A stretch of DNA of 63,901 nt, counting the filler, from Octopus bimaculoides (taxonomy: Eukaryota): NCBI RefSeq assembly GCF_001194135.2. It is 7 parts of 7 records of this genome, joined end to end, with 100 filler letters (N's around TTAATTAATTAA, not from the genome) between each part and the next. Parts side by side here need not be neighbours in the genome. Positions count along the whole stretch, not along the records: positions 1 to 14,065 come from NC_068983.1; positions 14,166 to 38,002 come from NC_069006.1; 5 more parts are not named here. The stretch is one strand, 5' to 3'. Shown one piece after another: positions 13,151 to 26,797 of the stretch. A program made the position numbers and the translations under genes. Under the pieces are notes generated by a model, which worked only from the letters and a program-made list of their open reading frames with translations, searched no databases and was not told where the DNA came from. How positions within the stretch are numbered: the first letter of the stretch is position 1; every line of letters begins with the position of its first letter.

Positions 13151-13973
13151 TTATAATACTTATATTTACTCTAACTTCTCGTAACCAGAAAAGGTGCACT
13201 TCAGTACAATTGCAAAATGATATATTTGAGTATGTATTTTAGTCATATCACAACTTCACTTGAAATATATGCATTGTTTATTTGACACTTGAATTCGACT
13301 AACTCTATTTAAGCACTTTTGCTCACAATAGAGCAAACTTATCAGCAAAAGATCACTGACAATTTTTTGCATAAGTGATTGAGTTTCTACTTCGTTGCGG
13401 GAGAATGAGGTCAAGCCTACTTTTCTGTTATTGTTCTTATCTAATTTTTACCTAACCAGAGACATAGATTAAAGCTAAATTCATCTGCTCTTATTGTTTC
13501 ATTGTTTTATGCAGTATTTCAAGTGTGAAAAGGGATTATTATACAAAGGTTCTATATTCCAGAGAAGAAAAATAAGATTTGAAACGTTTGTTCTTTGCCA
13601 AAATAAAATGAGACGTATTTCCCGATTCATCAATATTCATTTATATATTCTGGAATTAGCGAGATTTTTATTATAGTTATGTTTAAATTGGTTAAATGAA
13701 TCTCTATCGGTTTCGATATGGAGTATTCAGCTGAATTAGTTCTCAGTGGCTGATTATGCTACTTAGCGTAATCGTCAAACGGAATCAACGTGACACAGTT
13801 TCTGACAATTGGACTTTCAGTTACATGGACAATCCACCCGACAGGTTTCAGAACAGTTCCTTCTCAAAAGGGTTGGGTCAACTTGGCTATTAGTAAAAAA
13901 CGCTCAACGAACTTCTTACCCACTCGGCCACATTCATGCGCGTGCACATACTTAGGTGTGTGTGTATGTGTGT

Positions 13974-14021
<48 letters not shown>

Positions 14022-14109
14022 TTGGTGTGTGTATATATAGATATATATATATTCATAGTATTTTANNNNNNNNNNNNNNNNNNNNNNNNNNNNNNNNNNN
14101 NNNNNNNNN

Positions 14110-14121
14110 TTAATTAATTAA
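14110..14121. other. Artificial scaffold linker TTAATTAATTAA inside a 100-bp gap (also at 38047, 43036, 47550, 50373, 57743)
   Basis: The identical 12-mer, which has stop codons in all six frames, is flanked by 44 N on each side at 14066-14165. The same layout occurs at six sites. Confidence 0.95.
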
Positions 14122-14280
14122 NNNNNNNNNNNNNNNNNNNNNNNNNNNNNNNNNNNNNNNNNNNNAGTATCGAAACATTCTTCAAAATACCAATTTTTTA
14201 ACCTGGTTACCGTTAATGGAAACATACAGCCACATCCACAGAAACTCGCTACAGCAGATGAATTCCTGAGACGAAATACC

Positions 14281-14572
14281 GTGGCAGACGAAATACCGCT
14301 AAGCATTTCGCCCGGCGTGCTAACGTTTCTTATTTCTTTATTGCCCACAAGGGGCTACACACAGAGGGGACAAACAAGGACAGACAAACGGATTAAGTCG
14401 ATTATATCGTCCCCAGTGCGTAACTGGTACTTAATTTATCGACCCCGAAAGGATGAAAGGCAAAGTCGACCTCGGCGGAATTCGAACTCAGAACGCAGTG
14501 GCAGACGAAATACCGCTAAGCATTTCGCCAGGCGTGCTAACGTTTCTGCCAGCTCGCCGCCTCCAGCTTCCG
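14281..14572 (-). mobile_element. Young SINE family A copy plus a duplicated 50-bp head segment
   Basis: Near-consensus element at 14331-14572. The segment gtggcagacgaaataccgctaagcatttcgcc(c/a)ggcgtgctaacgtttct occurs at 14281-14330 and again at 14498-14547. Confidence 0.9.
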
Positions 14573-15196
14573 CTATATCAGAACCACACAAGTTTTCCAA
14601 TGATTCAATATATTAAGATGGGGTTTGTGAAGTGGCGTCGAGGTCAAGCTGGCTGGCCTTTCTACTATTTCTTTATAAGTCCTTTACAATATGTTTTTCC
14701 CATTTTCAAGCATTTTAGACGGGCGGTGACTGGTGTGGTCTTGATGAAAATACCGTCCGATTATTCCAGGGAGTTAATGGGTGAATGGAGCCACTTAGGA
14801 GGTCAAATATATATCCTTTGATAGGCATGGATTACCAAAGAATCGTCCGTCTTTTAAGACGGGGTTCCTTCCTTGAAATTGAAACAGCGCAAACGTAAAA
14901 TCAATAACAAAACCGAAACGAAAAACTCCAGAAAAAACACTGCACAAATGTCATATACACACATATGTAAATATTGTATGTTTATAGATACCTGGAGGCG
15001 TTGATTAAACGCACATCTTCCCATCCGTCCATCCATCCATATTTATATACACACATACATACATACATACATTCATGCACATAAACGTACGTTCAGACAT
15101 ACATACACACACATACACACAACACACACACAAACACACACAAACACAAACTCCCACATAAACATATGCATATATAATTACACACTTGCATACACA

Positions 15197-15246
<50 letters not shown>

Positions 15247-16106
15247 NNNNNNNNNNNNNNNNNNNNNNNNNNNNNNNNNNNNNNNNNNNNNNNNNNNNNN
15301 NNNNNNNNNNNNNNNNNNNNNNNNNNNNNNNNNNNNNNNNNNNNNNNNNNNNNNNNNNNNNNNNNNNNNNNNNNNNNNNNNNNNNNNNNNNNNNNNNNNN
15401 NNNNNNNNNNNNNNNNNNNNNNNNNNNNNNNNNNNNNNNNNNNNNNNNNNNNNNNNNNNNNNNNNNNNNNNNNNNNNNNNNNNNNNNNNNNNNNNNNNNN
15501 NNNNNNNNNNNNNNNNNNNNNNNNNNNNNNNNNNNNNNNNNNNNNNNNNNNNNNNNNNNNNNNNNNNNNNNNNNNNNNNNNNNNNNNNNNNNNNNNNNNN
15601 NNNNNNNNNNNNNNNNNNNNNNNNNNNNNNNNNNNNNNNNNNNNNNNNNNNNNNNNNNNNNNNNNNNNNNNNNNNNNNNNNNNNNNNNNNNNNNNNNNNN
15701 NNNNNNNNNNNNNNNNNNNNNNNNNNNNNNNNNNNNNNNNNNNNNNNNNNNNNNNNNNNNNNNNNNNNNNNNNNNNNNNNNNNNNNNNNNNNNNNNNNNN
15801 NNNNNNNNNNNNNNNNNNNNNNNNNNNNNNNNNNNNNNNNNNNNNNNNNNNNNNNNNNNNNNNNNNNNNNNNNNNNNNNNNNNNNNNNNNNNNNNNNNNN
15901 NNNNNNNNNNNNNNNNNNNNNNNNNNNNNNNNNNNNNNNNNNNNNNNNNNNNNNNNNNNNNNNNNNNNNNNNNNNNNNNNNNNNNNNNNNNNNNNNNNNN
16001 NNNNNNNNNNNNNNNNNNNNATATATATACATATATATATATATATATTATACATATATAGACGCACACATATATGTATACATATACATGTGTGTATGTA
16101 AGTACG

Positions 16107-16187
<81 letters not shown>

Positions 16188-16823
16188 CATACATATAAGG
16201 CCTCAGTCTAGTGACTGAAACCGGTAAATAATAAAAGATATAAAACGCTACTGCTACAATCACCACCACCAGCAACAACAAAACCACCACCATCACTTCT
16301 ACCGCTACCACCGCTTACCACCGCCGCCACCAGCAGCACTACTACTACTACTACTACTAATAATAATAATAATAATAATAAAACTACTTCTACAAGTATT
16401 GCAAGTACCAGAAATATTGACCTGTATGCTGCGTCGACTTGCTGCAAATAGCAGCAAAAATCTGCGTTAATGTCATATCCTGTTGCTTTAATGTAGACAA
16501 CATTGCTGTGGTCTTATAATACAGTACATCTAAAAGAATAGAACAGGATGGTCACGGCTGGAATATCATTGACCATAAATCTCTTCAGTTTGACTGAAAC
16601 GGTTACAATAACAAAATTGTCCTTTTTACTGAAACCTCTACGGGAGCGCAAATGCAACCGGAAGTTTGTTAAACACTTTTTCAACTAGCCATATCAATGG
16701 ACAATTAAGTACACACGGAGGCCACACACATACACCACAAAGAAACTTACGTATGTGTGTACATGTGGGTGAACATTTGTGTGTGTGTGGATGTGTGTAA
16801 ATTATGTGTGTATATATGTGTGA

Positions 16824-16855
<32 letters not shown>

Positions 16856-16861
16856 GTGTGA

Positions 16862-16909
<48 letters not shown>

Positions 16910-17273
16910 ATGCATATATATAGATAGATAGATATACGGACATATATGTGTGTACTATGGATATGTACATTTATGATTATAACTGTCTTAGACAAACAAA
17001 TATGGATAGGTACTATCTAGCAATTTAATCTCCTTTTTCTCTCGCCTTCTCTGTCTCTGTCTCCCTCTTCGTTCTGACATATACGTATATTGAGTTCTAC
17101 ACCAGATTATTAGTCTCACACTGTCTAAGCGAATTATATATATTTATATATAGTCAATGCGAGGCAATTTTATCCTCATAAGAGATTATTATATCCGAAA
17201 TTTCACTAGATTAATCACCAACGCCGTTGAGGAATATCTCTTGGATATATATATGGGATCATTGTAAGGATAA

Positions 17274-17492
17274 ATATGATTAAAGAAGAAGAATAGAGAG
17301 CTGGTAAAGATATAAAATTAATTTATTAATATACTGCCCGCCAAAATGTCCTACGTACGTTTCAATTCAGTCCAATATATAATTTGCAATTATATATTGG
17401 ACTGAATTAAAATGTACGTTGGCCATTATTGTTGGCAGTATGTTAATTAATTTTATATCATTACCAACTCACCGTTTTTCTTTAATCATATA
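17274..17492. repeat. Long imperfect palindrome (about 220 bp, 3-nt loop), MITE-like
   Basis: Centre aattcagtccaatatataatt-tgc-aattatatattggactgaatt (loop 17385-17387). The arms keep pairing outward (tactgcc/ggcagta, gatataaaattaa/ttaattttatatc, atatgattaaaga/tctttaatcatat). Confidence 0.9.
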
Positions 17493-18195
17493 TATACATA
17501 TATGTTATATATCTGTGCATATATACACATATTTATGAGCACATACACACAGATATACACACAATTTTATTTTCCACCGAAACTTACTCATTCTTGTAGA
17601 GCGTAGCTTGTGGTTTGAAAGACACACAGCTGATATTTCTAGCTAATCCATTGACCGCATTAGTTGCATCTTATATTAAAATATTCATTCACTATATGCA
17701 ACAGTGGGTGAGCCAATGCCAGCTACACCAACCCAATCCGGACCATCCCCGCCCAACACAAGTGAAATCAAGGCATAGCAAGGTGGAACAGCTCAGCAAA
17801 GCTCAACACAGACACGAGTACAGGTTGCCCAACCCAATCCAGCCTCGCTCTGTTCACCCACTCCACTAATAGATAAAGTCTTAAGGACATATGTGACAGC
17901 CATTTTGCTCTATTACAAAGCCGCGGCCGTGTCACTTGAACATTTCATTGTCTCCGAAAATCTTATCAAACGCTGTTTTCGTCTTTTTAATTTCCGTTCG
18001 TGTCAGATATTTAGATGTAGATCAAATCATCAGTAGCATCATCATCATCATCACCATCATCATCAGCAGCAGCAGCAATAAAGTAGACACAACATATAAA
18101 CCTTTGCTATCAATAAGCAAACACACACACATACACACATATATATATCTACAGACACTCTCTCACACACATACATATATATATCTACAGACACT

Positions 18196-18233
<38 letters not shown>

Positions 18234-18718
18234 TATATATATATCTACAGACACTCACTCACACATCCACATATATCTACAGACACTCACACACACACAT
18301 ATATATATATATCAATAAATACATATAAAGATATATATATATATATATGTATATGTACATATATAAAGAAATAAAAATGCATATATGTATGTATACACAC
18401 ACACTCACACATATGTATATACACACATGCACACACTTTCTCACTGTCCATTTGGTGTGTTCCTCTTCTGTTCGACTGTTCATCTGTTAGTCTATCCGGC
18501 GATCTGTCTGTCTGTCTGTGCGTCTGAATGTCCCTGTATCTGTTTGGCTGTCAAGCTTTTAGTTTGACTGTCAGTCTGTTTGGTTCCAATGTCCAGGTCT
18601 TTCTCTCTCTTTCTTTCTCACTCTCACTCACTCACTCACTCACTCACCCTCTCTTTGTACCTGGTTACTATTTTTGTACGTATGTGAGTGTACGTGTGTC
18701 TGTCTGTATTTATCGCGT

Positions 18719-18764
<46 letters not shown>

Positions 18765-19435
18765 ACTCTCCTTCTTTCTCTCTCTCCTTCTTTATATATA
18801 TATATATATATATACATACACACACACACATATATATATCTATATATAGAGAGAGAAATTAATCCACACACACACACTCAATATATATGTNNNNNNNNNN
18901 NNNNNNNNNNNNNNNNNNNNNNNNNNNNNNNNNNNNNNNNNNNNNNNNNNNNNNNNNNNNNNNNNNNNNNNNNNNNNNNNNNNNNNNNNNNNNNNNNNNN
19001 NNNNNNNNNNNNNNNNNNNNNNNNNNNNNNNNNNNNNNNNNNNNNNNNNNNNNNNNNNNNNNNNNNNNNNNNNNNNNNNNNNNNNNNNNNNNNNNNNNNN
19101 NNNNNNNNNNNNNNNNNNNNNNNNNNNNNNNNNNNNNNNNNNNNNNNNNNNNNNNNNNNNNNNNNNNNNNNNNNNNNNNNNNNNNNNNNNNNNNNNNNNN
19201 NNNNNNNNNNNNNNNNNNNNNNNNNNNNNNNNNNNNNNNNNNNNNNNNNNNNNNNNNNNNNNNNNNNNNNNNNNNNNNNNNNNNNNNNNNNNNNNNNNNN
19301 NNNNNNNNNNNNNNNNNNNNNNNNNNNNNNNNNNNNNNNNNNNNNNNNNNNNNNNNNNNNNNNNNNNNNNNNNNNNNNNNNNNNNNNNNNNNNNNNNNNN
19401 NNNCCCCCCCATCGCACTTCCCGAGTCCTTAACTG

Positions 19436-21673
19436 TTATTGCTCATGTCTATCATGATGATGATGATGATGATGTTGATGTTGATGATGATGATGACGAT
19501 GAAGATGGTGTTGATATCGACGGTGATGTTGACCGTGACGATGACAACAACGACGATGATGATAATGATGACGACGATGTTTGACGATGATGATGATGAT
19601 GGCGATATTGGCCATGGTGAGGATGACGCTGGTGATATTGGTGGTGGTGGTGGTGGTGGTGGTTTTGGTGATGGTGGCGGTGGTGGTGGTGGTGCTGATG
19701 GTGATCATCATCATCATCATCATAATCATCATCGTCATCATCAGGAAAATGGTAATGATGATGACAGCGATTATGATGGCGACGTTAATAACGTTGGTAA
19801 TGGTCATGACGATCACGTCGGCGACGACGACGATGACGGTGTTGTTGATGACGATGATGATGACAGTAATGATGATGACGATGATGATGATATTGATGGG
19901 TCACTTGTTGCGGCAATAGATGCTCTTCTCACTGATCTTATCATCACTTCCATTTCCTTTCGTCATTGGCGTTCTTGTTGTTGCTGTCGCTATTTTTATT
20001 CTTGTTCTTGTCGTTGTTGCTGTTTGTGTTCTTGTCGTTGTTGCTGCTGCTGCTGCTGCTGCTATTTCTGCTGGTCGTTATCGTTGTTGTTTTCGTTGTT
20101 GTTATTTCAGTCTATAATTTTTGTTTGTTGCTCTTATCGTTACTGTAGTCATTCATGTTGTTGGTGTTGTTGTTGTTGTTGTTGCTGCTGCTTTTGTTGG
20201 TTCTTGCAATTGTTGTTGTTGCTATTGCTGTTGTTGTTGTTGTTGTTACACGGTTTTTGTGTTCACATGTTGTGCGAGACATCCGATGGTGTCGTAGTTG
20301 TTGTTTCTGTTGTTGTTGTTGTGGCTGTTGCCGTTGCAGGTAGCATCCTATGGTAGCACACATTTAACCAAGGTGAGACACAATGGGATCGAAACCTGGA
20401 ATCACATGCTTACAAAACAAAAATCTCAGTGACACATCCATGCCTCTTAGGCATTTATCATCGTTGTTGTCATTGTTCTTGCTGTTGAGGTCGTTATTTT
20501 AGTTGTTATTGCAGCTCCTCATGCGAACATTTCTCGCAAGTGTTATTGGTGTTGTTATTGTTGCCAAAACGTATCAGCTGACGTTGTTGCTGCTGCTGCA
20601 GATCTCTCTTTTAGTGTTATTGTTGTTGTTATTATTATTGCCGGTCTGGTATCNNNNNNNNNNTCTCTCTTTTAGTGTTATTGTTGTTGTTATTATTATT
20701 GCCGGTCTGGTATCAGCTGACGTTGTTGCTGCTGCTGCAGATCTCTTTTAGTGTTGTTGTTGTTATTATTATTATTATTATTGCCGATATGGTATTTCTT
20801 GATGTTGTTGCTGCTGCTGTTGATCTCTCTTTTAGTGTTATTGTTGTTGTTATTATTATTGCCGGTCTGGTATCAGCTGACGTTGTTGCTGCTGCTGCAG
20901 ATCTCTCTTTTAGTGTTATTGTTGTTATTATTATTATTGTTGCCGATATGGTATTTCTTGATGTTGTTGCTGCTGCTGTTGATCTCTCTGTTAGCGTTAT
21001 TATTGTTGCCGTTGTTTTTCTTCCCATTATTACTGTTGTTGCTGCTCGTCTATTTGTTGCTTTTGTAGTTGTTATTGTCGTCAGAGGTTTTACTGTTGTT
21101 GTTGTTCTTGCTGTTGTTGCTTCCGGTTTTGTTCGTTATTCCTCATATCACTCTCTTTCTTCTTGTTGCTAATCCCCTTCTCCATGTTGTTGTTATTATA
21201 TTTTATCCTCCTTGCTCTTTTTATGGTTAATTTTGATCTCATATTTGTTGTTCTTGTTCTTGCTGTTTGTTGTTTTCTTTCTTGTTTCATTTGGTCTTTT
21301 TATGTTTATTCTGGATTTCTTGTTTGCAGGTTTTTTTTTCTATTCAACTCTTTCCAATATTGTTGTTGTTGTTGTTAATCTGGATCTCTTATATCTTGTT
21401 TTTATTGTTGTTTATTTTCTCGTTATTGTTGTTGCGCTGAATTTTTGTCTCACAGCAATCGCTGACACACAGTACTGTTGCGGTTATTTTGATGTTCTTA
21501 ATATTAATGTTGTTGTTGTTGTTGTTGTTTTTGTTGTCGTTACTGTTTTGACTATACACCTGTTATTAACGGCACAGTCGCCATTTTTATTGCTTTCATT
21601 GTTGTTTCTGTCGTGGTTCTTTTTGTGTTGCTTTTTCCTTTGCTATTACCACTCAACGAAAAGCTACCATCGC

Positions 21674-21714
<41 letters not shown>

Positions 21715-22626
21715 ATAATAAAGATGATACAAAGAAGGATGATGACGACGCCGACGGTGCCGCTGGTGCCGGTGGAAGTGGCGACGACGAACATGACAGT
21801 GGTGGTGGTGGTGCTGGCGGCGGCGGCGGTTGTGGTAGTGGTGGTAGTAGTGATGGTGATGTTGATGATGATGATGATAAAGAGGATATTGAGTATGATG
21901 ACGACGACGCCGACGGTGGCACAGGTGCTGGTAGTGGTGACGGCGACAAACATGACTGAGGTGGTGGTGGTGGTGGTGGTGGTAATGGTGGTGTTGGTGG
22001 TGATGGTGGTGAGGATGATGGTGGTGGTGATGGAGTGTGCTGATGGTGGTGTCGGTGGTAGTGGTGGTGTTGACGAGTACGAAGACGATAGTAATGAGCG
22101 TGATGATGATGATGATGTTGACGAGGAGGATGAACTGGTTGATGAGGATGATGAGCGTGGATGATTAGAATGATGATGATGCTGATGATGATGATGATGA
22201 TGATCATAATCATGATGTTAATGTTGCTTGTCATTCTCCATAACTTCATCCATCCTATCTATAATGACATCAACTGATTGGTTTCAATGATAAACCTGTT
22301 CCACCCTGCTCTCCCTCCTTCTCCCTCTCCCGACCCTCTCTCTCTCTCTCTCGAGTTTATTTCCATATATTGACTGGAACATCGCCAGCAACAAGTCATT
22401 AAAGTTCCTGTAGAAAGCACTGCCAGAACCCTGATCATCACCCCACCACCACAACCACCATCACTACCACACTCAGACTACTCGCTCCAAGAACTTTCTC
22501 CAGTAAACATCTCTAGTACCACCACCACCACCACCACCATCTCTATCACCTCCACCATCACCAGTTCTATGACTTGACTGACAGTAAGATCATCTCTAAT
22601 ATCGCCACCTCTACCACTACCGCCGC
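19436..22626. repeat. 3.2 kb mosaic of degenerate trinucleotide repeats (GAT/GAC/GGT, GTT/GCT/ATT, CAC/CAT)
   Basis: Seen directly. It produces many overlapping low-complexity ORFs on both strands, with no splice-supported frame. Confidence 0.9.
20570..21000. repeat. Higher-order A/B minisatellite (units about 78-82 bp, period about 160 bp)
   Basis: Unit A (gccggtctggtatcagctgacgttg...) at 20640, 20701 and 20861; unit B (gccgatatggtatttcttgatgttg...) at 20783 and 20942. Confidence 0.9.
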
Positions 22627-23515
22627 NNNNNNNNNNNNNNNNNNNNNNNNNNNNNNNNNNNNNNNNNNNNNNNNNNNNNNNNNNNNNNNNNNNNNNNNNN
22701 NNNNNNNNNNNNNNNNNNNNNNNNNNNNNNNNNNNNNNNNNNNNNNNNNNNNNNNNNNNNNNNNNNNNNNNNNNNNNNNNNNNNNNNNNNNNNNNNNNNN
22801 NNNNNNNNNNNNNNNNNNNNNNNNNNNNNNNNNNNNNNNNNNNNNNNNNNNNNNNNNNNNNNNNNNNNNNNNNNNNNNNNNNNNNNNNNNNNNNNNNNNN
22901 NNNNNNNNNNNNNNNNNNNNNNNNNNNNNNNNNNNNNNNNNNNNNNNNNNNNNNNNNNNNNNNNNNNNNNNNNNNNNNNNNNNNNNNNNNNNNNNNNNNN
23001 NNNNNNNNNNNNNNNNNNNNNNNNNNNNNNNNNNNNNNNNNNNNNNNNNNNNNNNNNNNNNNNNNNNNNNNNNNNNNNNNNNNNNNNNNNNNNNNNNNNN
23101 NNNNNNNNNNNNNNNNNNNNNNNNNNNNNNNNNNNNNNNNNNNNNNNNNNNNNNNNNNNNNNNNNNNNNNNNNNNNNNNNNNNNNNNNNNNNNNNNNNNN
23201 NNNNNNNNNNNNNNNNNNNNNNNNNNNNNNNNNNNNNNNNNNNNNNNNNNNNNNNNNNNNNNNNNNNNNNNNNNNNNNNNNNNNNNNNNNNNNNNNNNNN
23301 NNNNNNNNNNNNNNNNNNNNNNNNNNNNNNNNNNNNNNNNNNNNNNNNNNNNNNNNNNNNNNNNNNNNNNNNNNNNNNNNNNNNNNNNNNNNNNNNNNNN
23401 NNNNNNNNNNNNNNNNNNNNNNNNNNNNNNNNNNNNNNNNNNNNNNNNNNNNNNNNNNNNNNNNNNNNNNNNNNNNNNNNNNNNNNNNNNNNNNNNNNNN
23501 NNNNNNNNNNNNNNT

Positions 23516-23595
23516 CGGGCCGACCAAAGCCTTGTGAGTGGATTTGGTAGACGGAAGCTGAAAGAAGCCCGTCGTATATATATGTGTGTGTGTGT

Positions 23596-23627
<32 letters not shown>

Positions 23628-23845
23628 CTGTCTGTCTGTCTGTGTTTTTCCCCCTAGCATTGCTTGACAAACGATGCTGGTGTGTTTATGCCCCCCGTCA
23701 CTTAGCGGTTCGGCAAAGAGACCGATAGAATAAGTACTAGGCTTACAAAGAATAGGTCCCGGGGTCGATTTGCTCGACTAAAAGGCGGTGCTCCAGCATG
23801 GCCGCAGTCAAATGACTGAAACGAGTAAAAGAGTAAAAAGAGTAA
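23516..23845 (+). mobile_element. SINE family B (internal (TG)n), 5' end in gap
   Basis: cgggccgaccaaagccttgtgagtggatttggtagacgg...(tg)n...cttagcggttcggcaaag...ggggtcgatttgctcgactaaaaggcggtgctccagcatggccgcagtcaaatgactgaaac. Confidence 0.9.
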
Positions 23846-25189
23846 ATTGCAGATAATGTCTGATAATGGTCCTGGCATGAAAGCTTATGCTGTGGTGCGA
23901 CTTCCCAATTTACTTAATTGAAGACGTTGATCCTAGCTAGTTTCCTAGGATCCTACTGTTAAATTGCCAGATACTTTGTCTTGGCCTAGATAACAACATT
24001 AACGATGATGAATGTGTTTTTTAAAATAAAATGGTGTCTTTATGTACCCGAAGTCTTATCGGCTAATCACTTTGATGTCAAACATATTTCAGGGTTTGAA
24101 TAATCAACAGGAGCCTATTCTTGTGTATATTTGATATACAGAAATGAAACAAAAATAATAAAATACGATATAATAATGTAATCCTATAATGACACACACT
24201 ATTGGCTGGAAATCCTGTCAGCAGTTCAATTTAAGCATAGGAAACTGCTTGCGTGGTAGAAGAGCAACGAGGATAAAAAACTAACAAGAGATTTTTTTAT
24301 AGAAAATGTCTACATACACAAATATGCGTTTGTATATATAATTATGTATTTGTGTATGTTTGTGCGTGTATGTATTTGTATTAGAGTGCGTGTGTGTAAT
24401 ACAGATAGATATTCACGCGCGCGCGCATTTGTATATATATATATAATTATGGGAAGAGAATAAGAGAGAGAAAGAGACAGAGAGTGGGATTGAGAGGTGG
24501 GGGGAGATGGCAAGAAATAAGAGAAAATTAACGAGGATTAATTTCCGTTTCGCTATTAATAACAAAACCATAAAAAAAGAAAAACAAATGATGATGGTGA
24601 TGATGATGGTGATGATGGTGATCGTGACGATGATGATGATGATGACGATGATGACAATGTTGGTGAGGATTTTTCCCATATAAAAATGTAAATAACGACA
24701 AGAAAACAAAACAAAAAATTGCTGGAATACGAGAAGTTGATTCAGACGTGAGAACGTCAGGGAGTGGAAAGGAAAAAGATAGAAAGATATAATGGAAAAG
24801 TATGCAAAATAGTAGAGAGAGAGAGCGAGGGGGAGAGAGAGGAAGAGACAGACAGACAGACAGACAGTCAGAGAAGGAGGGAGAGAGAGACTGTGAAAGA
24901 GAGAGAGAGGGAGGAAGGCAAATAGATTGAGAAAGAGAGTGAAGGAAAACTAGCGTCGGAATTGGGGTAAGGAAAAGATAAAATATATGAGAGAGGGGAG
25001 AGACCTGATGCAAAGATGATAAATCTATAAGAGCAGCATTGTACAGTTTTTGATATTCTATAATTGGTGACGATTTATCTGAGACAGTGATTTTGTTAAT
25101 ATCGCGGTATTGTTTGATCTAACACCAGCAGGATGTCATTTTGAACATTCTAGATGAATTTTCCTGATTTTTACAATGTAATGTGCGTA

Positions 25190-25580
25190 CAGGCGTGGCA
25201 CTGTGGTAAAAAAAAGTTTGATTCCTAATCACGTGGGTCTGACTTCGGTCTCACTGCGTGGCACCTTGGGCAAGTGTCTTTTACTATAGCTTCGAACCGA
25301 CCAAAGCCTTGTAAGTGGATTTGGTAGATGGAAACTCTGTTGTGTTTGTGTGAATGTGTGTGTCTTTGTGTCTTTGTTTGTCTCCCACGGTTGCTTGACA
25401 ACCGGTGCTGGTTTGTTGACGTCCCCGTAACTTAGCAGTTCGGCAAAAGAAAACAATAGAATAAGTATGAGGCTTTTTCAAAAAAAATAAGTACTGAAGT
25501 CGATTCATTCGACTAAAAAGAATTCAAGGTGAGGCCCCAGCATGGCCGCAGTCTAATGACTAAAACAAATAAGAGGTAAA
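25190..25580 (+). mobile_element. SINE family B, near full length
   Basis: tRNA-like head ggcgtggcactgtggtaa...ggtctcactgcgtggcaccttgggcaagtgtc, then the same body and tail as 23516. Confidence 0.85.
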
Positions 25581-25832
25581 AGATACTTGCGTGCGNNNNN
25601 NNNNNNNNNNNNNNNNNNNNNNNNNNNNNNNNNNNNNNNNNNNNNNNNNNNNNNNNNNNNNNNNNNNNNNNNNNNNNNNNNNNNNNNNNNNNNNNNNNNN
25701 NNNNNNNNNNNNNNNNNNNNNNNNNNNNNNNNNNNNNNNNNNNNNNNNNNNNNNNNNNNNNNNNNNNNNNNNNNNNNNNNNNNNNNNNNNNNNNNNNNNN
25801 NNNNNNNNNNNNNNNNNNNNNNNNNNNNNNNN

Positions 25833-25863
<31 letters not shown>

Positions 25864-26003
25864 TATATCCGGGAAAGATTCACAGCCTTCTGCACCAATA
25901 AACCATTATTGTTCCTGAAATTTATTTATTATATCTTCTACAGACTACTTCAAGCTGACTAATTTCCTACACCTTGATCCTTATATCTTACATTTACACA
26001 CAT

Positions 26004-26034
<31 letters not shown>

Positions 26035-26504
26035 CTTATATGAAAGTAGGGATGTAGGGTGTATCTCGACAAGGGCATTATTTGTCAGCATCTGTTCTCA
26101 TCGTTGCGTGACACTTATTTAAATGACCTCGAAATAGAATAAAACCAACAGGGCGTAGAAGACGGGGGTAGGAGATGCGGATCAAAATACGACAAGGTAC
26201 TTTTGCATTTGATATTCCGATGTTCTGCCTTCCCACGCCGATACAAACATACGCACACACACGCACACACACACACACATGCGGCCATACTTATATAGAT
26301 AGATATAAACATGCGTAGAAGATAGATATAAACATGCGTAGAAGAGTCAACTTATTTATTGAAAATGAAGAACCTCTTATAAAGTTTTTTTTTTTAAGTC
26401 TTCTAAAGTCTAGTGTATTCTTTTGAAGTCTTATACCATCTTATAAATATTTATTTTGCAGTAAAATACTTACAGCGGAGAGACTTTTGGAGCATCCTGT
26501 ATTC

Positions 26505-26578
<74 letters not shown>

Positions 26579-26797
26579 CTTTTGATGTTTGAAAAAAAAG
26601 TTCGTTTTCCATGTTATATACGTAGCACTCAGGGCAATTGTCTTCTACTAAAGCCTTGTGAATGGATTTGCTAGACAGAAACTAAAAGCCTATCTTATAT
26701 ATGTATATATATATATATATATGTATGGGCCAGTCGATTAGATCGACCCCAATACTCAACTGGTACATAATTTATCGATTCCGAAAGGAAGTACTTC

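Noticed and set aside
14066-14165. TTAATTAATTAA motif recurring six times, which looks like a regularly placed element
   Set aside because: It always sits in the middle of a 100-bp N block and has stops in all six frames, so it is a scaffolding linker rather than biology.
19439-20356. 305-aa ORF with D/G/H-rich then C/L-rich blocks, resembling a biomineralisation or metal-binding protein
   Set aside because: It lies in a trinucleotide mosaic where most frames are open. Its composition switches incoherently, it has no splice signals or signal peptide, and adjacent repeat units break the frame.
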